From Mobula hypostoma (taxonomy: Eukaryota): a stretch of 64,000 nt of DNA. The stretch is taken from assembly GCF_963921235.1 (NCBI RefSeq), contig NC_086107.1, positions 108,006,001 to 108,070,000 of the forward strand. Reading direction: 5' to 3'. The notes under the pieces were generated by a model. The model searched no databases. It was given only the letters and a program-made list of their open reading frames with translations, and was not told the DNA's origin. How positions within the stretch are numbered: position 1 is the first letter of the stretch; every line of letters begins with the position of its first letter. Below, in pieces: positions 25,558 through 38,885 of this stretch. The position numbers and the translations under genes were made by a program.

Positions 25558-26850
25558 GGAAAGCGACTTGCTTTGCTGTTGTTTGGTTTCTTGGTGTGTT
25601 CCCTGTTGTTCTGCAGAGGATTACGAGCATGCTATGTTGGCGCTGGAATGCATGGTGACATTTGTGGGGCTGCACCCAACACATCCTTGGGTGTGCTGCG
25701 TTTTAATGCATTTCACTTTATATTTTGATGTGCATCTGATAAAAAAAAATCTGAATCTGCTGGCTGTAACTCAATACCCAAACCTTTGATTCACACATAC
25801 ATCTCCCTTGGGAACTTCTAATTGCAATCACAATTGCAATGTGTGTAATTCTGTAATAAAACACAATAAGACCATAAGACATAGGCTGTTGGGCCCGTCA
25901 AGTCTGCTCTGCCAGTCCATCATCGCTGATCTATTAACCCTCTCAACCCCATTCTTCTGTCTTGTCCCCGTAACAAATTAGGAATCTGTCAATCTCAACT
26001 TTAAATATACCTAATAATGACCTCCACAGCCTTCTGTGGCAATAAATTTCACAGGTTCATCACTCTCTGGTTAAAGAAATTCCTCCTCATCTCTGTTCTA
26101 AAGGGACGTCCTTTTATTCTGTGGCTATGCCCTCTGGTCCTGGACTCCCACACTATAGAAAATGCCTTCTCTACAACCACGCTATCTATATGAGTCTGCG
26201 CCTGTTAAATGTGGTTTCAATGTGTCTTGGTTATGAATTCCTGGAAAAAAATAACATTGCCTTGTAGAATTTGGCAGCAGTGAGAAACATTCAGTTCCTA
26301 ACCAGTTTGATTGATAAACTATGTAGTAATTTTCTCTGTTCTATGTTAACTCATGTGAATAGCGCTGTGACAAAGTTGAAAAGAGCAGGAGTGGGAAGGG
26401 TGCTCGTGTATAACATTGGAGCCCACATTTAATGATCTGGTATTAAGAGTTTAAATTCCTACAATAAATTTAAATTAAATTAAATGAGTTTTGGAATTAA
26501 AAGGCATTAATATCATTACGATGACCATGAAATTGCCAGATTATCTTACAAACCCATAATTAGTCTGTCAGGGAGGGAAATCTGCCATCCTTACTGTCAG
26601 CTGTTTCTTACCTTGTGTTGGAATTGTTGTAGCACTGAGAAGAAAGCATGTCCTGGGTGATCCTTAATGATGGATGCTGCCTCTTTGAGGCATTGGCTTT
26701 TGAGGGTGTCCTGGATGCTGGGAGGTTAACACCTGTGATGGAGCTGGTTGGAAAGTCTCCAACTTGAATGTTAACTAGTCTTTTTGTCCACAGATGCTGC
26801 TGGGCCATTAAGAGATTCCAGCTCTTCCTCAGTTCATTTCCCAATACTTT

Positions 26851-27412
26851 CATAGTCATGGTCATACTTTATTGATCCCGAGGGAAATTGGTTTTCATTA
26901 CAGTTGCACCATAAATAATTAAATAGTAATAAAACCATAAATAATTAAATAGTAATATGTAAATTATGCAGGGAATGTCCAGGACCAGCCTATTGGCTCA
27001 GGGTGTTTGACCCTCCAAGGGAGGAGTTGTAAAGTTTGATGGCCACAGGCAGGAATGACTTCCTATGGTGCTCCGTGCTGCATCTCGGTGGAATGAGTCT
27101 CTGGCTGAATGTACTCCTGTGCCCATCCAGTACATTATGTAGTGGATGGGAGACATTGTCCAAGATGGCATGCAACTTAGACAGCATCCTCTTTTCAGAC
27201 ACCACTGTGAGAGAGTCCAGTTCCATCCCCACAACATTACTGGCCTTATGAATGAGTTTGTTGATTCTGTTGGTGTCTGCTACCCTCAGCCTGCTGCCCC
27301 AGCACACAACAACAAACATGATAGCACTGGCCACCACAGACTCGTAGAACATCCTCAGCATCGTCTGACAGATGTTAAAGGACCTCAGTCTCCTCAGGAA
27401 ATAGAGACGGCT
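26851..27412 (-). mobile_element. Young Rex1/Babar LINE 3' fragment
   Basis: ORF 26990-27361 (LRMFYESVVASAIMFVVVCWGS...ILDNVSHPLH...SFLPVAIKLYN) with an (ATGACT)n tail. Near-identical to 39911-40447. Confidence 0.9.
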
Positions 27413-27699
27413 CTATTTCCCATTCTCTTCCACTACCCCAATTACGCCCAGTTATGCAATGATCTCATTCCCTGTCTCCTACCCTACCCAATCTATCATT
27501 GGCCTGACTATGAGTTAATTCCCAGTTCTCTCCATGCCTGAACACACACACAAGACACAGAAATGCATAGAGACAGAGACAGACAGACAGTCTGTAGTGG
27601 TCCAAGAAGTCTATCAGTCTATCAAGAGCAATTAATAACAGATCTTCAGTGTCGGACTTGGTTGCATCCAGGGAACCAATCAAAAGTGAGAAAAATTTG

Positions 27700-29287
27700 G
27701 TTACAGAAAATTAAAGTGGATAAATCCCCGGGACCTGACAGAGTGTTCCCTCGGACCTTGAAGGAGACTAGTGTGAAATTGCGGGGGCCCTGGCAGAAAT
27801 ATTTAAAATGTCGCTGTCTACGGGTGAAGTGCCAGAGGATTGGAGAGTGGCTCATGTTGTTCCGTTGTTTAAAAAAGGATCGAAAAGTAATCCGGGAAAT
27901 TATAGGCCGGTGAGTTTAACGTTAGTAGTAGGTAAGTTATTGGAGAGAGTACTAAGAGACAGAATCTACAAGCATTTGGATAGACAGGGGCTTATTAGGG
28001 AGAGTCAACATGGCTTTGTGTGTGGTAGGTCATGTTTGACCAATCTGTTGGAATTTTTCGAGGAGGTTACCAGGAAAGTGGATGAAGGGAAGGCAGTGGA
28101 TATTCTACATGGACTTCAGTAAGGCCTTTGACAAGGTCCTGCATGGGAGGTTAGTTAGGAAAATTCAGTCGCTAGGTATACATGGAGAGGTGGTAAATTG
28201 GATTAGACATTGGCTCGATGGAAGAAGCCAGAGAGTGGTGGTAGAGAATTGCTTCTCTGAGTGGAGGCCTGTGACTAGTGGTGTGCCATAGGGATCAGTG
28301 CTGGGTCCATTGTTATTTGTCATCTATATCAATGATCTGGATGATAATGTGGTAAATTGGATCAGCAAGTTTGCTGATGATACAAAGATTGGAGGTGCAG
28401 TAGACAGTGAGGAAGGTTTTCAGAGCCTGCAGAGGGACTTGGACCATCTGGAAAAATGGGCTGAAAAATGGCAGATGGAGTTTAATACTGACAAGTGTGA
28501 AGTATTGCACGTTGGAAGGACAAACCAACGTAGAACATACAGGGTTAATGGTAAGGCACTGAGGAGTGCAGTGGAACAGAGGGATCTGGGAATACAGATA
28601 CAAAATTCCCTAAAAGTGTCATCACAGGTAGATAGGGTCGTAAAGAGAGCTTTTGGTACATTGGCCTTTATTAATCAAAGTATTGAGTATAAGAGCTGGA
28701 ATGTTATGATGAGGTTGTATAAAGCATTGGTGAGGCCGAATCTGGAGTATTGTGTTCAGTTTTGGTCACCAAATTACAGGAAGGATATAAATAAGGTTGA
28801 AAGAGTGCAGAGAAGGTTTACAAGGATGTTGCCGGGACTTGAGAAACTCAGTTACAGAGAAAGGTTGAATAGGTTAGGACTTTATTCCCTGGAGTGTAGA
28901 AGAATGAGGGGAGATTTGATAGAGGTATATAAAATTATGATGGGTATAGATAGAGTGAATCCAAGCAGGCTTTTTCCACTGAGGCAAGGAGAGAGAAAAA
29001 CCAGAGGACATGGGTTAAGGGTGAGGGGGGAAAAGTTTAAAGGGAACATTAGGGGGGGCTTCTTCACACAGAGAGTGGTGGGAGTATGGAATGAGCTGCC
29101 AGACGAGGTGGTAAATGCAGGTTCTTTTTTTAACATTTAAGAATAAATTGGACAGATACATGGATGGGAGGTGTATAGAGGGATATGGTCTGTGTGCAGG
29201 TCAGTGGGACTAGGCAGAAAATGGTTCAGCCCAGCCAAGAAGGGCCAAAGGGCCTGTTTCTGTGTTGTAGTTTCTATGGTTCTATGG
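27700..29287 (+). mobile_element. CR1 LINE, 5'-truncated, RT domain to 3' tail
   Basis: KSPGPD, NYRPVSLT, DFSKAFDKV, SGVP*GSVLGP (nonsense codon) and KFADDTK, with a frameshift near 28100 and a (TTCTATGG)n tail. Confidence 0.96.
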
Positions 29288-30481
29288 AATGACCATGGAG
29301 GTTTTGACAGACATTTCTTTTAGATCCTGAAAGTCCGAGAAAATAAATGCTTGTTTTTGCAAATCACTTTTCATGGTTCTCCAGCAGTGCTTACCAACTG
29401 AGAAAGAATCTTTGAAACCTGGTTACCTCTGTGATGAGCAAAATCTGGTAGCCAACTTATGCACAGCAAGCTCCCACAAACGGCAATGTGGCAATGTCTA
29501 GTTGAGAAATTTTGATTGTGATATCAGTATTGGATCAGGAAATGGGGAGAATTTTCTTGGTTCTTAATTAGTAAGTATGTCAATGGTTATCTTTCAACTG
29601 GTGAAAGTGACCGCAACTCTTTAACTTCCAGGTTAGCTGTCGATAAGGATAGTATGGTCCTTGCGGGAAAGTTTTAAATAGGTGTAGGGCAAATTATGAC
29701 AGCATAAGGCAAGAACTAAGAAACGTCAACTGGGAATACCTTTCCTCTGGCAAGTCCACATCAGACATGTGAAGAGTGCTTAAAGATTAGTTGTGCAGAG
29801 TACAGGAAAAATATGTTCCTGTTAGAAGGAAGGACAGGGATGGAAAGATGAGAAAACCATGGATGTCCAGAGAATTGATGAACTTAGTCAAGAAGAAAAA
29901 CGGATACTAATGTAAAAATTCGGAAGTTAGGATCGAACAACGCACATGAGGAGTATAAAGAAGCCAGAGGAAAATTAAAGAAGGGAACTAGGAAAGTCAA
30001 GAGGGGCCATGAAAAGTCCTTGGCAAGTAGGATTAAAGTGAATCCCAAGGCATTAAAGCTAGAGAATAACTAGGGAGAGGTAGGGGCCACTCAAGGATAA
30101 TGGAGGGGGGGGGGGTGTCATTTGTTTGGACATGAGAATGTGAATGAGGTACTTAGTGAGTACTTTGCTTCAGTATTTACCAAGGAAAAGGAAATAGAGG
30201 ACCAGAAGATCAGTGCTGAGTGTATAAATATGTTAGGGCTTTTAGAGGTCAACAAGGAGAAAGTGTTGGGAGTATTGTGGTGGATAAGTCCTCAGGGCCT
30301 GATAGGATTTACCCCTTGTTATTGAAAGAGGCAAGAGACAAGATTGCTAGGCCCTTGACCAGTATCTTCATGTCCTCTCTAGCTACAGGTGAGGTCCCAG
30401 AGGACTGGTGAGGGGCTAATGTTGTACCTCTTTTTAAGGAGACAAGGGAAAATCCTGGGAACTATAGACGGGTGAGTCTCA

Positions 30482-33260
30482 ACATACATCAAAGTTGCTG
30501 GTGAACGCAGCAGGCCAAGCAGCATCTATAGGAAGAGGTGCAGTCGACGTTTCAGGCCGAGACCCTTCGTCAGGACTAACTGAAGGAAGAGTGAGTAAGG
30601 GATTTGAAAGCTGGAGGGGGAGGGGGAGATGCAAAATGATAGGAGAAGACAGGAGGCGGAGGGATAGAGCCGAGAGCTGGACAGGTGATAGGCAAAAGGG
30701 GATACGAGAGGATCATGGGACAGGAGGTCCGGGAAGAAAGACAAGGGGGGGGGTGACCCAGAGGATGGGCAAGAGGTATATTCAGAGGGACAGAGGGAGA
30801 AAAAGGAGAGTGAGAGAAAGAATGTGTGCATAAAAATGAGTAACAGATGGGGTACGAGGGGGAGGTGGGGCCTTAGCGGAAGTTAGAGAAGTCAATGTTC
30901 ATGCCATCAGGTTGGAGACTACCCAGGCTGAATATAAGGTGTTGTTCCTCCAACCTGAGTGTGGCTTCATCTTTACAGTAGAGGAGGCCATGGATAGACA
31001 TGTCAGAATGGGAATGGGATGTGGAATTAAAATGTGTGGCCACTGGGAGATCCTGCTTTCTCTGGCGGATAGAGCATAGATGTTCAGCAAAGCGGTCTCC
31101 CAGTCTGCGTCGGGTCTCACCAATATATAAAAGGCCACATCGGGAGCACCGGACGCAGAATATCACCCCAGTCGACTCACAGGTGAAGTGATGCCTCACC
31201 TGGAAGGACTGTTTGGGGCCCTGAATGGTGGTATGGGAGGAAGTGTAAGGGCATGTGTAGCACTTGTTCCGCTTACACGGATAAGTGCCAGGAGGGAGAT
31301 CAGTGGGGAGGGATGGGGGGGACGAATGGACAAGGGAGTTGTGTAGGGAGCGATCCCTGCGGAATGCAGAGAGAGGGGGGGAGGGAAAGATGTGCTTAGT
31401 GGTGGGATCCCGTTGGAGGTGGCGGAAGTTACGGAGAATAATATGTTGGACCCGGATGCTGGTGGGGTGGTAGGTGAGGACCAGGGGAACCCTATTCCTA
31501 GTGGGGTGGCGGGAGGATGGAGTGAGAGCAGATGTACGTGAAATGGGGGAGATGCGTTTAAGAGCAGAGTTGATAGTGGAGGAAGGGAAGCCCCTTTCTT
31601 TAAAAAATGAAGACATCTCCCTCGTCCTAGAATGAAAAGCCTCATCCTGATAGCAGATGCGGCGGAAACGGAGGAATTGTGAGAAGGGGATGGCGTTTTT
31701 GCAAGAGACAGGGTGAGAAGAGGAATAGTCCAGATAGCTGTGAGAGTCAGTAGGCTTATAGTAGACATCAGTGGATAAGCTGTCTCCAGAGACAGAGACA
31801 GAAAGATCTAGAAAGGGGAGGGAGGTGTCGGAAATGGACCAGGTAAACTTGAGGGCAGGGTGAAAGTTGGAGGCAAAGTAAATAAAGTCAACGAGTTCTG
31901 CATGCGTGCAGGAAGCAGCGCCAATGCAGTCGTCGATGTAGCGAAGGAAAAGTGGGGGACAGATACCAGAATAGGCACGGAACATAGATTGTTCCACAAA
32001 CCCAACAAAAAGGCAGGCATAGCTCGGACCCATACGGGTGCCCATAGCTACACCTTTAGTTTGGAGGAAATGGGAGGAGCAAAAGGAGAAATTATTAAGA
32101 GTAAGGACTAATTCCGCTAGACGGAGCAGAGTGGTGGTAGAGGGGAACTGATTAGGTCTGGAATCCAAAAAGAAGCATAGACCTTTGAGACCTTCCTGAT
32201 GGGGGAATGGAAGTATATAAGGACTGGACATCCATGGTGAAAATAAAGCGGTGGGGGCCAGGGAACTTAAAATCATCGAAAAGTTTAAGAGCGTGAGAAG
32301 TGTCACGAACATAGGTCGGAAGGGATTGAACAAGGGGTGATAAAACAGTGTCGCGGTATGCAGAAACGAGTTCGGTGGGGCAGGAGCAAGCTGAGACAAT
32401 AGGTCGGCCAGGACAGGCAGGTTTGTGGATCTTGGGTAGGAGGTAGAAACGGGAAGTGCGGGGTGTGGGAACTATAAGGTTGGTAGCAGTGGATGGGAGA
32501 TCTCCTGAGCGGATAAAGTCGGTGATAGTGTGGGAGACAATGGCCTGGTGCTCCTTAGTAGGGTCACGATCGAGGGGTAAGAGGAGGTATCCACGAGTTG
32601 TCGCTGTGCCTCGGCAAGGTAGAGGTCAGTACGCCAGACTACAACAGCACCCCCCTTATCAGCGGGTTTAATAATAAGGTTAGGATTAGTGCAGAGGGAG
32701 TGGAGAGCAGAGCGTTCCGAAGGAGTGAGGTTGGAATGGGGACAAGGTGCGGTGAAGTCGAGACGGTTGATGTCCCGTCGGCAGTTGGCAATAAAGTGAT
32801 CCAGAGCCGGCAGAAGACCAGAGCGGGATGTCCATGAAGAAAAGGGTTGAAGACGGGAGAAAGGGTCATCGGTGGGGGTGGAAGAGTCCTTGCCGAAGAA
32901 GTAGGCTCGGAGACGGAGACGGCGGAAGAAAAGTTCCGCATCATGGCGAACACCGAACTCACTGAGGTGTGGGCGAAGGGGGACAAAGGTGAGGCCCTTA
33001 CTGAGAACAGAGCGTTCTGCCTCCGACAGTTGAAGGTGGGAGGGGATGGTAAAGACCCGGCACGGATGAGAGCTGGGATCAGAGGGGGGAGGGGGGAGGC
33101 TGGGTGTGTCAATGGAGAGGGGAGGGTTGGGGTGAGAGGAAGATGGAGCCTCTGAGGGCCCAGGAGCTGACGGTGGGATCTGAGGGAGACAGGATTGCAG
33201 AGTATTGGTGGGGGAAGGGGAGACGGGAGTCACAACAGCAGCACATAAAGACCCGGCCTG
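30482..33260 (-). mobile_element. Penelope-like retroelement (Neptune-type), 5'-truncated, RT plus GIY-YIG endonuclease, two frameshifts
   Basis: KPADKGG, FYLLPKIHK...RPIVS, QTKGVAMG, LRYIDD, Cys linker CKRNKCYTC and VIFCVRC...LYIGETRRRLGDRFAEH. Frameshifts near 32580 and 32205; stop at 30873. 8-bp TSD GAGTCTCA at 30474-30481 and 33261-33268. Confidence 0.95.
30542..30577 (-). ncRNA. Minimal hammerhead ribozyme, intact core
   Basis: AGUC-CUGACGA-AGG-GUCUCGG-CCU-GAAAC-GUC-GACU with a palindromic ACGU stem III. Predicted cleavage between 30546 and 30545. Confidence 0.85.
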
Positions 33261-36200
33261 GAGTCTCATGTCAGTTGTAGGAAAATGGCTGGAGGAACTT
33301 TTTAGGGATAGGATATATGAGCATTTGGAAATTCAGGGCCTAACTAGAGAGAACCAGCATGGCTTTATGGGTGGCAGGACGTGTTACCAGCTTAATTGAG
33401 TTTTTTGACAAGGTGACAAGAGATTGATGAGGGTGGGGCAGTGGATATTGTCTGCACAAATTTCAGACAAAGTCCCTCATTGGAGGCTAATCCAGAAGAT
33501 TAAGATGCATGGGGTCTGCGGTGAACTGGCTGTTTGTATTCAGAACTGGCTTGTCCATAGAAGACAAGGGGTAGTAGTTGAAGAGAATTATTCGAGCTAG
33601 AGGTCTGTAACTAGTGGAGTTCTTCAGGGATCTGTGGTGGGACCTCTGCTGTTTGTAATGTATATGAATGACCTGGATAAAAATGTAGATGGGTGGGTTA
33701 ATAAGTTTGCGGATGATACCAAGATTGGTGGAGTTGTGGGTGGTGTAGAAGACTGGCAAAGAATTGCAGATGTGGGCAGAGAAATGGCAGATTTAACCCA
33801 GATAAATGTGAATTGTTGCGCCTTAGTAGGGCAAATGAAAGGAGACAGTACACTGTTAAGGGCAAAATCCTTAACAGTGTTGTTGAACAGAGAGATCTTG
33901 GGATCCAAGCTCTTTGAAAGTGGCTACACAGGTTGTTAAGGTGGTTAAGAAGGAGTAATATATGCAGTTCTGGTCACCTAACTATAGGAAGGATATCAGT
34001 AAGATTGAAAGAGTGCAGAGAAGATTTTCTAGGATGTTGCCGGGTCTTCAGGAGTTGAGTTACAGGGAAAGATTGAACAGGTTAAGACTTTATTCCTTGG
34101 AGCGTAGAAGAATGAGGGGGTATTTGATAGAGGTTTACAAAATTGCGAGGAGTATAGGCAGAGTAAATGTTCTTTCCACTTAGATTAGGAGAGATAAATA
34201 CGAGAGGACTTGGCTTTAGGATGAAATGGGAAAGGTTTAGGGGGAACATTAGGGGGAACTTCTTCACTCAGAGTGGTGGGAGTGTGGAACGAGCTGCCAT
34301 CTGATGTGGTAAATATGGGCTCACTCTTAAGTTTTAAGAATAAATTGGATAGATACATGGATGGGAGAGGTCTGGAGGGTTATAAACTGGGTGCAGGTCA
34401 GTGGGACTAGCGGAATAAAGTTTCGGCACAGACTAGAAGGGCCGAATGGCCTGCTTTCTGTGCTGTAGTGTTCTATGGTTCTGAGGAATATGTAATGATT
34501 GCTTTTTGTTAGTCAAGGCATTATGTTCAAAAGTTAAGAGGTTATGTTGCAACTTTATAAAACTCTGGTTAGGCCACATCTGGAGTATTGCGTTCAGTTC
34601 TCATTGCTCCATTATAGGGAGGATGTTGAAGCTTTGGAGAGGATGCAGAAGACGTTTACCAGGATGCTGCTTGGTTTAGAGGGTATATGCTATTATGAAA
34701 GGCTGGATAAGCTTGAGCTGTGTTCTCTGAAGTGCCAGAGGCTAAGAGGAGATTATGACTGGCACAGATAAAGTGGACAGAGACTATCTATTCCCCAGAT
34801 TTAACATGTCTAATACCAGAGGGCATGCATGGAAGGTGAGAGGGGGTAGGTTCAAAGGGGATGTGTGGGATAAGTTTTTCACTCAGAGTGGTGGATGCCT
34901 GGAATATGTTGCCCGGTGTGGTGGTAGAGGCAAATACATTAGAGGCTTTTAAGAAACTTTTGGATAGGCACATGGATGTAAGGAAGATGGAGGGATATGG
35001 ATCTGGTGTAGGTAGGAAGGATTAGTGTTTGGGTGTTTCTGATTTGCTTTTTATCTGGTTTGGCACAACATTGTGGGCCGATTGCCTTCTCCTGTTCTGT
35101 GCTGTTCTATGTTACAGGGAGAAGGCATGAGAATGGGGTTGAGAGGGATAACAATCAGCCATGATGGAATTCAGATGCAGCAAATGGCCTAATTCTGCTC
35201 CTTTTTCTTATGGTCCTCTCGTGAATATTGCCATAGAAGCTTTTTCATTGATGAGCAAAGGAGACAGGACTTCGGCATAATGTGTCAGCCGAAAGATGTC
35301 AGTTCTGATGGTGAGAATCACTCTTAGCTCTTCACTGCAGGGTTATGTTTAAATTCTGGAATGGGGAGAGGGTAGGTGTGGAAGGTATAGAACTCTGTGC
35401 TTTGAGGGCTTTAGAAACATTGACTGAAGAGTATGAAGCAGTTTCCTTGGAGAGAAGACGGTGGATGTTACCGACAGGAAACTCAGTTGGAAAGTGATCA
35501 CAGGCATGTTCAATAAGCCAGCAAGAAGGTAATGGGGAGATGTAAAGGAAGAGAGGCTGGAAGGGAGCTATGGATCATTATTGGACTTGTTTATACTTTT
35601 AGTGTGAAGTGTAGGTATCACATGATACCTCAGGCAGTTAAGTATCGACCACTGTAATAAAGAGACTTGTTCCCTTGATACTCTTGGATTAAGTGAGCTA
35701 TGTAACTCTCCACAATACGAGGATTAAGAAAACCCAATACACCACTCATCACTGTTATTTGCTTGCATGTTCTTCAGGACTGAGAGACACGAGTTGTGAC
35801 TGATTCCACAAACACCAAAACAGTCTGAGACAGAAGTTATGAGGAGGAGATGCACCAAAGAAGCCTTGGCACAAAGGGGAACTACTTCTTTCAAGATCGT
35901 AGCTGACTCTTAATCATACTCTGTGAAACAACAGGAGTGTTTAATTCTTGATGTTAGAAGGAGTTGATCTTCAACAGTGGAAAGAATGTGGGGGAAATGC
36001 TTGAATCATAGACTGAGGAAGTTTGGCCATCAAATTTGTCCAATTTGACAACACATTGGTACAGCTGCCAGGATTCCTCCCTCATATCTCCAGTGATGCA
36101 GCAGGTGTGTGGGCTGAAGCAACACTCACAACTCGCTGGAGGAACTCAGCAGGTCAGGCAGCATCCGTGGAAACGATCAGTCAATGTTTCAGGCCGGAAC

Positions 36201-36391
36201 CCTTCGTCATGTCGTTTCCACGAACGAACAATTTACTCAAGGACTCCATCTCATTTTCTTGATATTTATTGCTTATTTATTATTATTTTAATTTTTTTCT
36301 CAGCTCAGGCTAGTAAAACCCAAGCTACGGGCACAGCCAAACACACTCATTTCTCAATTGCTAGGAACTTTACAACTATTCTGGGGGTGTT

Positions 36392-36890
36392 AGAACATAG
36401 AACATAGAATAGTACAGCACATTACAGGCCCTTCGGCCCACAATGTTGTGCCGACCCTCAAACCCTGCCTCCCATATAAGCCCCCACCTTAAATTCCTCC
36501 ATATACCTGTCTAGTAGTCTCTTAAACTTCACTAGTGTATCTGCCTCCACCACTGACTCAGGCAGTGCATTCCATGCACCAACCACTCTGAGTAAAAAAC
36601 CTTCTTCTAATATCCCCCTTGAACTTCCCACCCCTTACCTTAAAGCCATGTCCTCTTGTATTGAGCAGTGATGCTCTGGGGAAGAGGCGTTGGCTATTCC
36701 TCTTATTATCTTGTACACCTCTATCATGTCTCCTCTCATCCTCCTCCTCTCCAAAGAGTAAAGCCCTAGCTCCCTTAATCTCTGATCATAAAGCATACTC
36801 TGTAAACCAGGCAGCATCCTCTGTACTTTTCCAATGCTTTCACATCCTTCCTATAGTGAGGCAACCAGAACTGGACACAATACTCCAAGT
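36392..36890 (-). mobile_element. CR1 LINE 3' fragment
   Basis: Encodes GLYSLERRRMRGDMIEVYKI and ends in an (AGAACAT)n tail. Confidence 0.9.
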
Positions 36891-37162
36891 GTGTTTAACA
36901 TAGAAACATAGAAAACATAGAAAATAGGTGCAGGAGTAGGCCATTCAGCCCTTCGAGCCTGCACCGCCATTTATTATGATCATGGCTGATCATCCAACTC
37001 AGAACCCTACCCCAGCCTTCCCTCCATACCCCCTGATCCCCGTAGCCACAAGGGCCATATCTAACTCCCTCTTAAATATAGCCAATGAACTGGCCTCAAC
37101 TGTTTCCTGTGGCAGAGAATGCCACAGATTCACCACTCTCTGTGTGAAGAAGTTTTTCCTAA

Positions 37163-38885
37163 AACAACAGCAATTCTGCAGATGCTGGAAATTCAAGCAA
37201 CACACATCAAAATAGCTGGTGAACGCAGCAGGCCAGGCAGCATCTGTAGGAAGAGGTGCAGTCGACGTTTCAGGCCCAGACCCTTCGTCAGGACTAACTG
37301 AAGGAGGAGTGAGTAAGGGATTTGAAAGTTGGAGGGGGAGGGAGAGATCCAAAATGATAGGAGAAGACAGGAGGGAGAGGGATGGAGCCAAGAGCTGGAC
37401 AGGTGATAGGCAAAAGCGGATACGAGAGGATCATGGGACAGGAGGTCCGGGAAGAAAGACAAGGGGGGGGGACCCAGAGGATGGGCAAGAGGTATATTCA
37501 GAGGGACAGAGGGAGAAAAAGGAGAGTGAGAGAAAGAATGTGTGCATAAAAATGAGTAACAGATAGGGTACGAGGGGGAGGTGGGGCCTTAGCAGAAGTT
37601 AGAGAAGTCGATGTTCATGCCATCAGGTTGGAGGCTACCCAGACGGAATATAAGGTGTTGTTCCTCCAACCTGAGTGTGGCTTCATCTTTACAGTAGAGG
37701 AGGCCGTGGATAGACATGTCAGAATGGGAATGGGATGTGGAATTAAAATGTGTGGCCACTGGGAGACCCTGCTTTCTCTGGCGGACAGAGCGTAGATGTT
37801 CAGCAAAGCGGTCTCCCAGTCTGCGTCAGGTCTCGCCAATATATAAAAGGCCACATCGGGAGCACCGGACGCAGTATATCACCCCAGTCGACTCACAGGT
37901 GAAGTGTTGCCTCACCTGGAAGGACTGTTTGGGGCCCTGAATGGTGGTAAGGGAGGAAGTTTAAGGGCATGTGTAGCACCTGTTCTGCTTACACGGATAA
38001 GTGCCAGGAGGGAGATCAGTGGGGAGGGATGGGGGGGACGAATGGACAAGGGAGTTGTGTAGGGAGCGATCCCTGTGGAATGCAGAGAGAGGGGGGGGAG
38101 GGAAAGATGTGCTTGGTGGTGGGATCCCGCTGGAGGTGGCGGAAGTTACAGAGAATAATATGTTGGACCCGGATGCTGGTGGGGTGGTAGGTGAGGACCA
38201 GGGGAACCCTATTCCTAGTGGGGTGGCGGGAGGATGGAGTGAGAGCAGATGTACGTGAAATGGGGGAGATGCGTTTAAGAGCAGAGTTGATAGTGGAGGA
38301 AGGGAAGCCCCTTTCTTTAAAAAAGGAAGACATCTCCCTCGTCCTAGAATGAAAAGCCTCATCCTGAGAGCAGATGCGGCGGAGACAGAGGAATTGCGAG
38401 AAGGGGATGGCGTTTTTGCAAGAGACAGGGTGAGAAGAGGAATAGTCCAGATAGCTGTGAGAGTCAGTAGGCTTATAGTAGACATCAGTGGATAAGCTGT
38501 CTCCAGAGACAGAGACAGAAAGATCTAGAAAGGGGAGGGAGGTGTCGGAAATGGACCAGGTAAACTTGAGGGCAGGGTGAAAGTTGGAGGCAAAATTAAT
38601 AAAGTCAACGAGCTCTGCATGCGTGCAGGAAGCAGCGCCAATGCAGTCGTCGATGTAGCGAAGGAAAAGTGGGGGACAGATACCAGAATAGGCACGGAAC
38701 ATCGATTGTTCCACAAACCCAACAAAAAGGCAGGCATAGCTAGGACCCATACGGGTGCCCATAGCTACACCTTTAGTTTGGAAGAAGTGGGAGGAGCCAA
38801 AGGAGAAATTATTAAGAGTAAGGACTAATTCTGCTAAACGGAGCAGAGTGGTGGTAGAGGGGAACTGATTAGGTCTGGACCAGGT
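37163..38885 (-). mobile_element. Second Penelope-like copy, 5'-truncated within the RT
   Basis: Highly similar to 30482-32162. Has a frameshift in the G-run near 38095 and a nonsense codon near 37961. The 3' tail CTGCAGATGCTGGAAAT is longer than in the first copy. Confidence 0.95.
37260..37295 (-). ncRNA. Minimal hammerhead ribozyme, intact core
   Basis: AGUC-CUGACGA-AGG-GUCUGGG-CCU-GAAAC-GUC-GACU. Predicted cleavage between 37264 and 37263. Confidence 0.85.

Larger units (their letters stand above)
29620..35115 (+). mobile_element. Older CR1 LINE hosting the Penelope element (30482-33260) and a second CR1 (about 33960-34483)
   Basis: VLSEYFASVFTKE and VPEDW precede the insertion; NYRRVSL/MSVVGK is split by it; KFADDTK and LYKTLVRPHLEYCVQF follow. 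Confidence 0.88.

Noticed and set aside
32205..32399. N-terminus of the 508-aa ORF as a true protein start
   Set aside because: It is out of frame. The real RT motifs (RPIVS, MDVQSLY) lie in another frame upstream of a frameshift, so the element is not intact.
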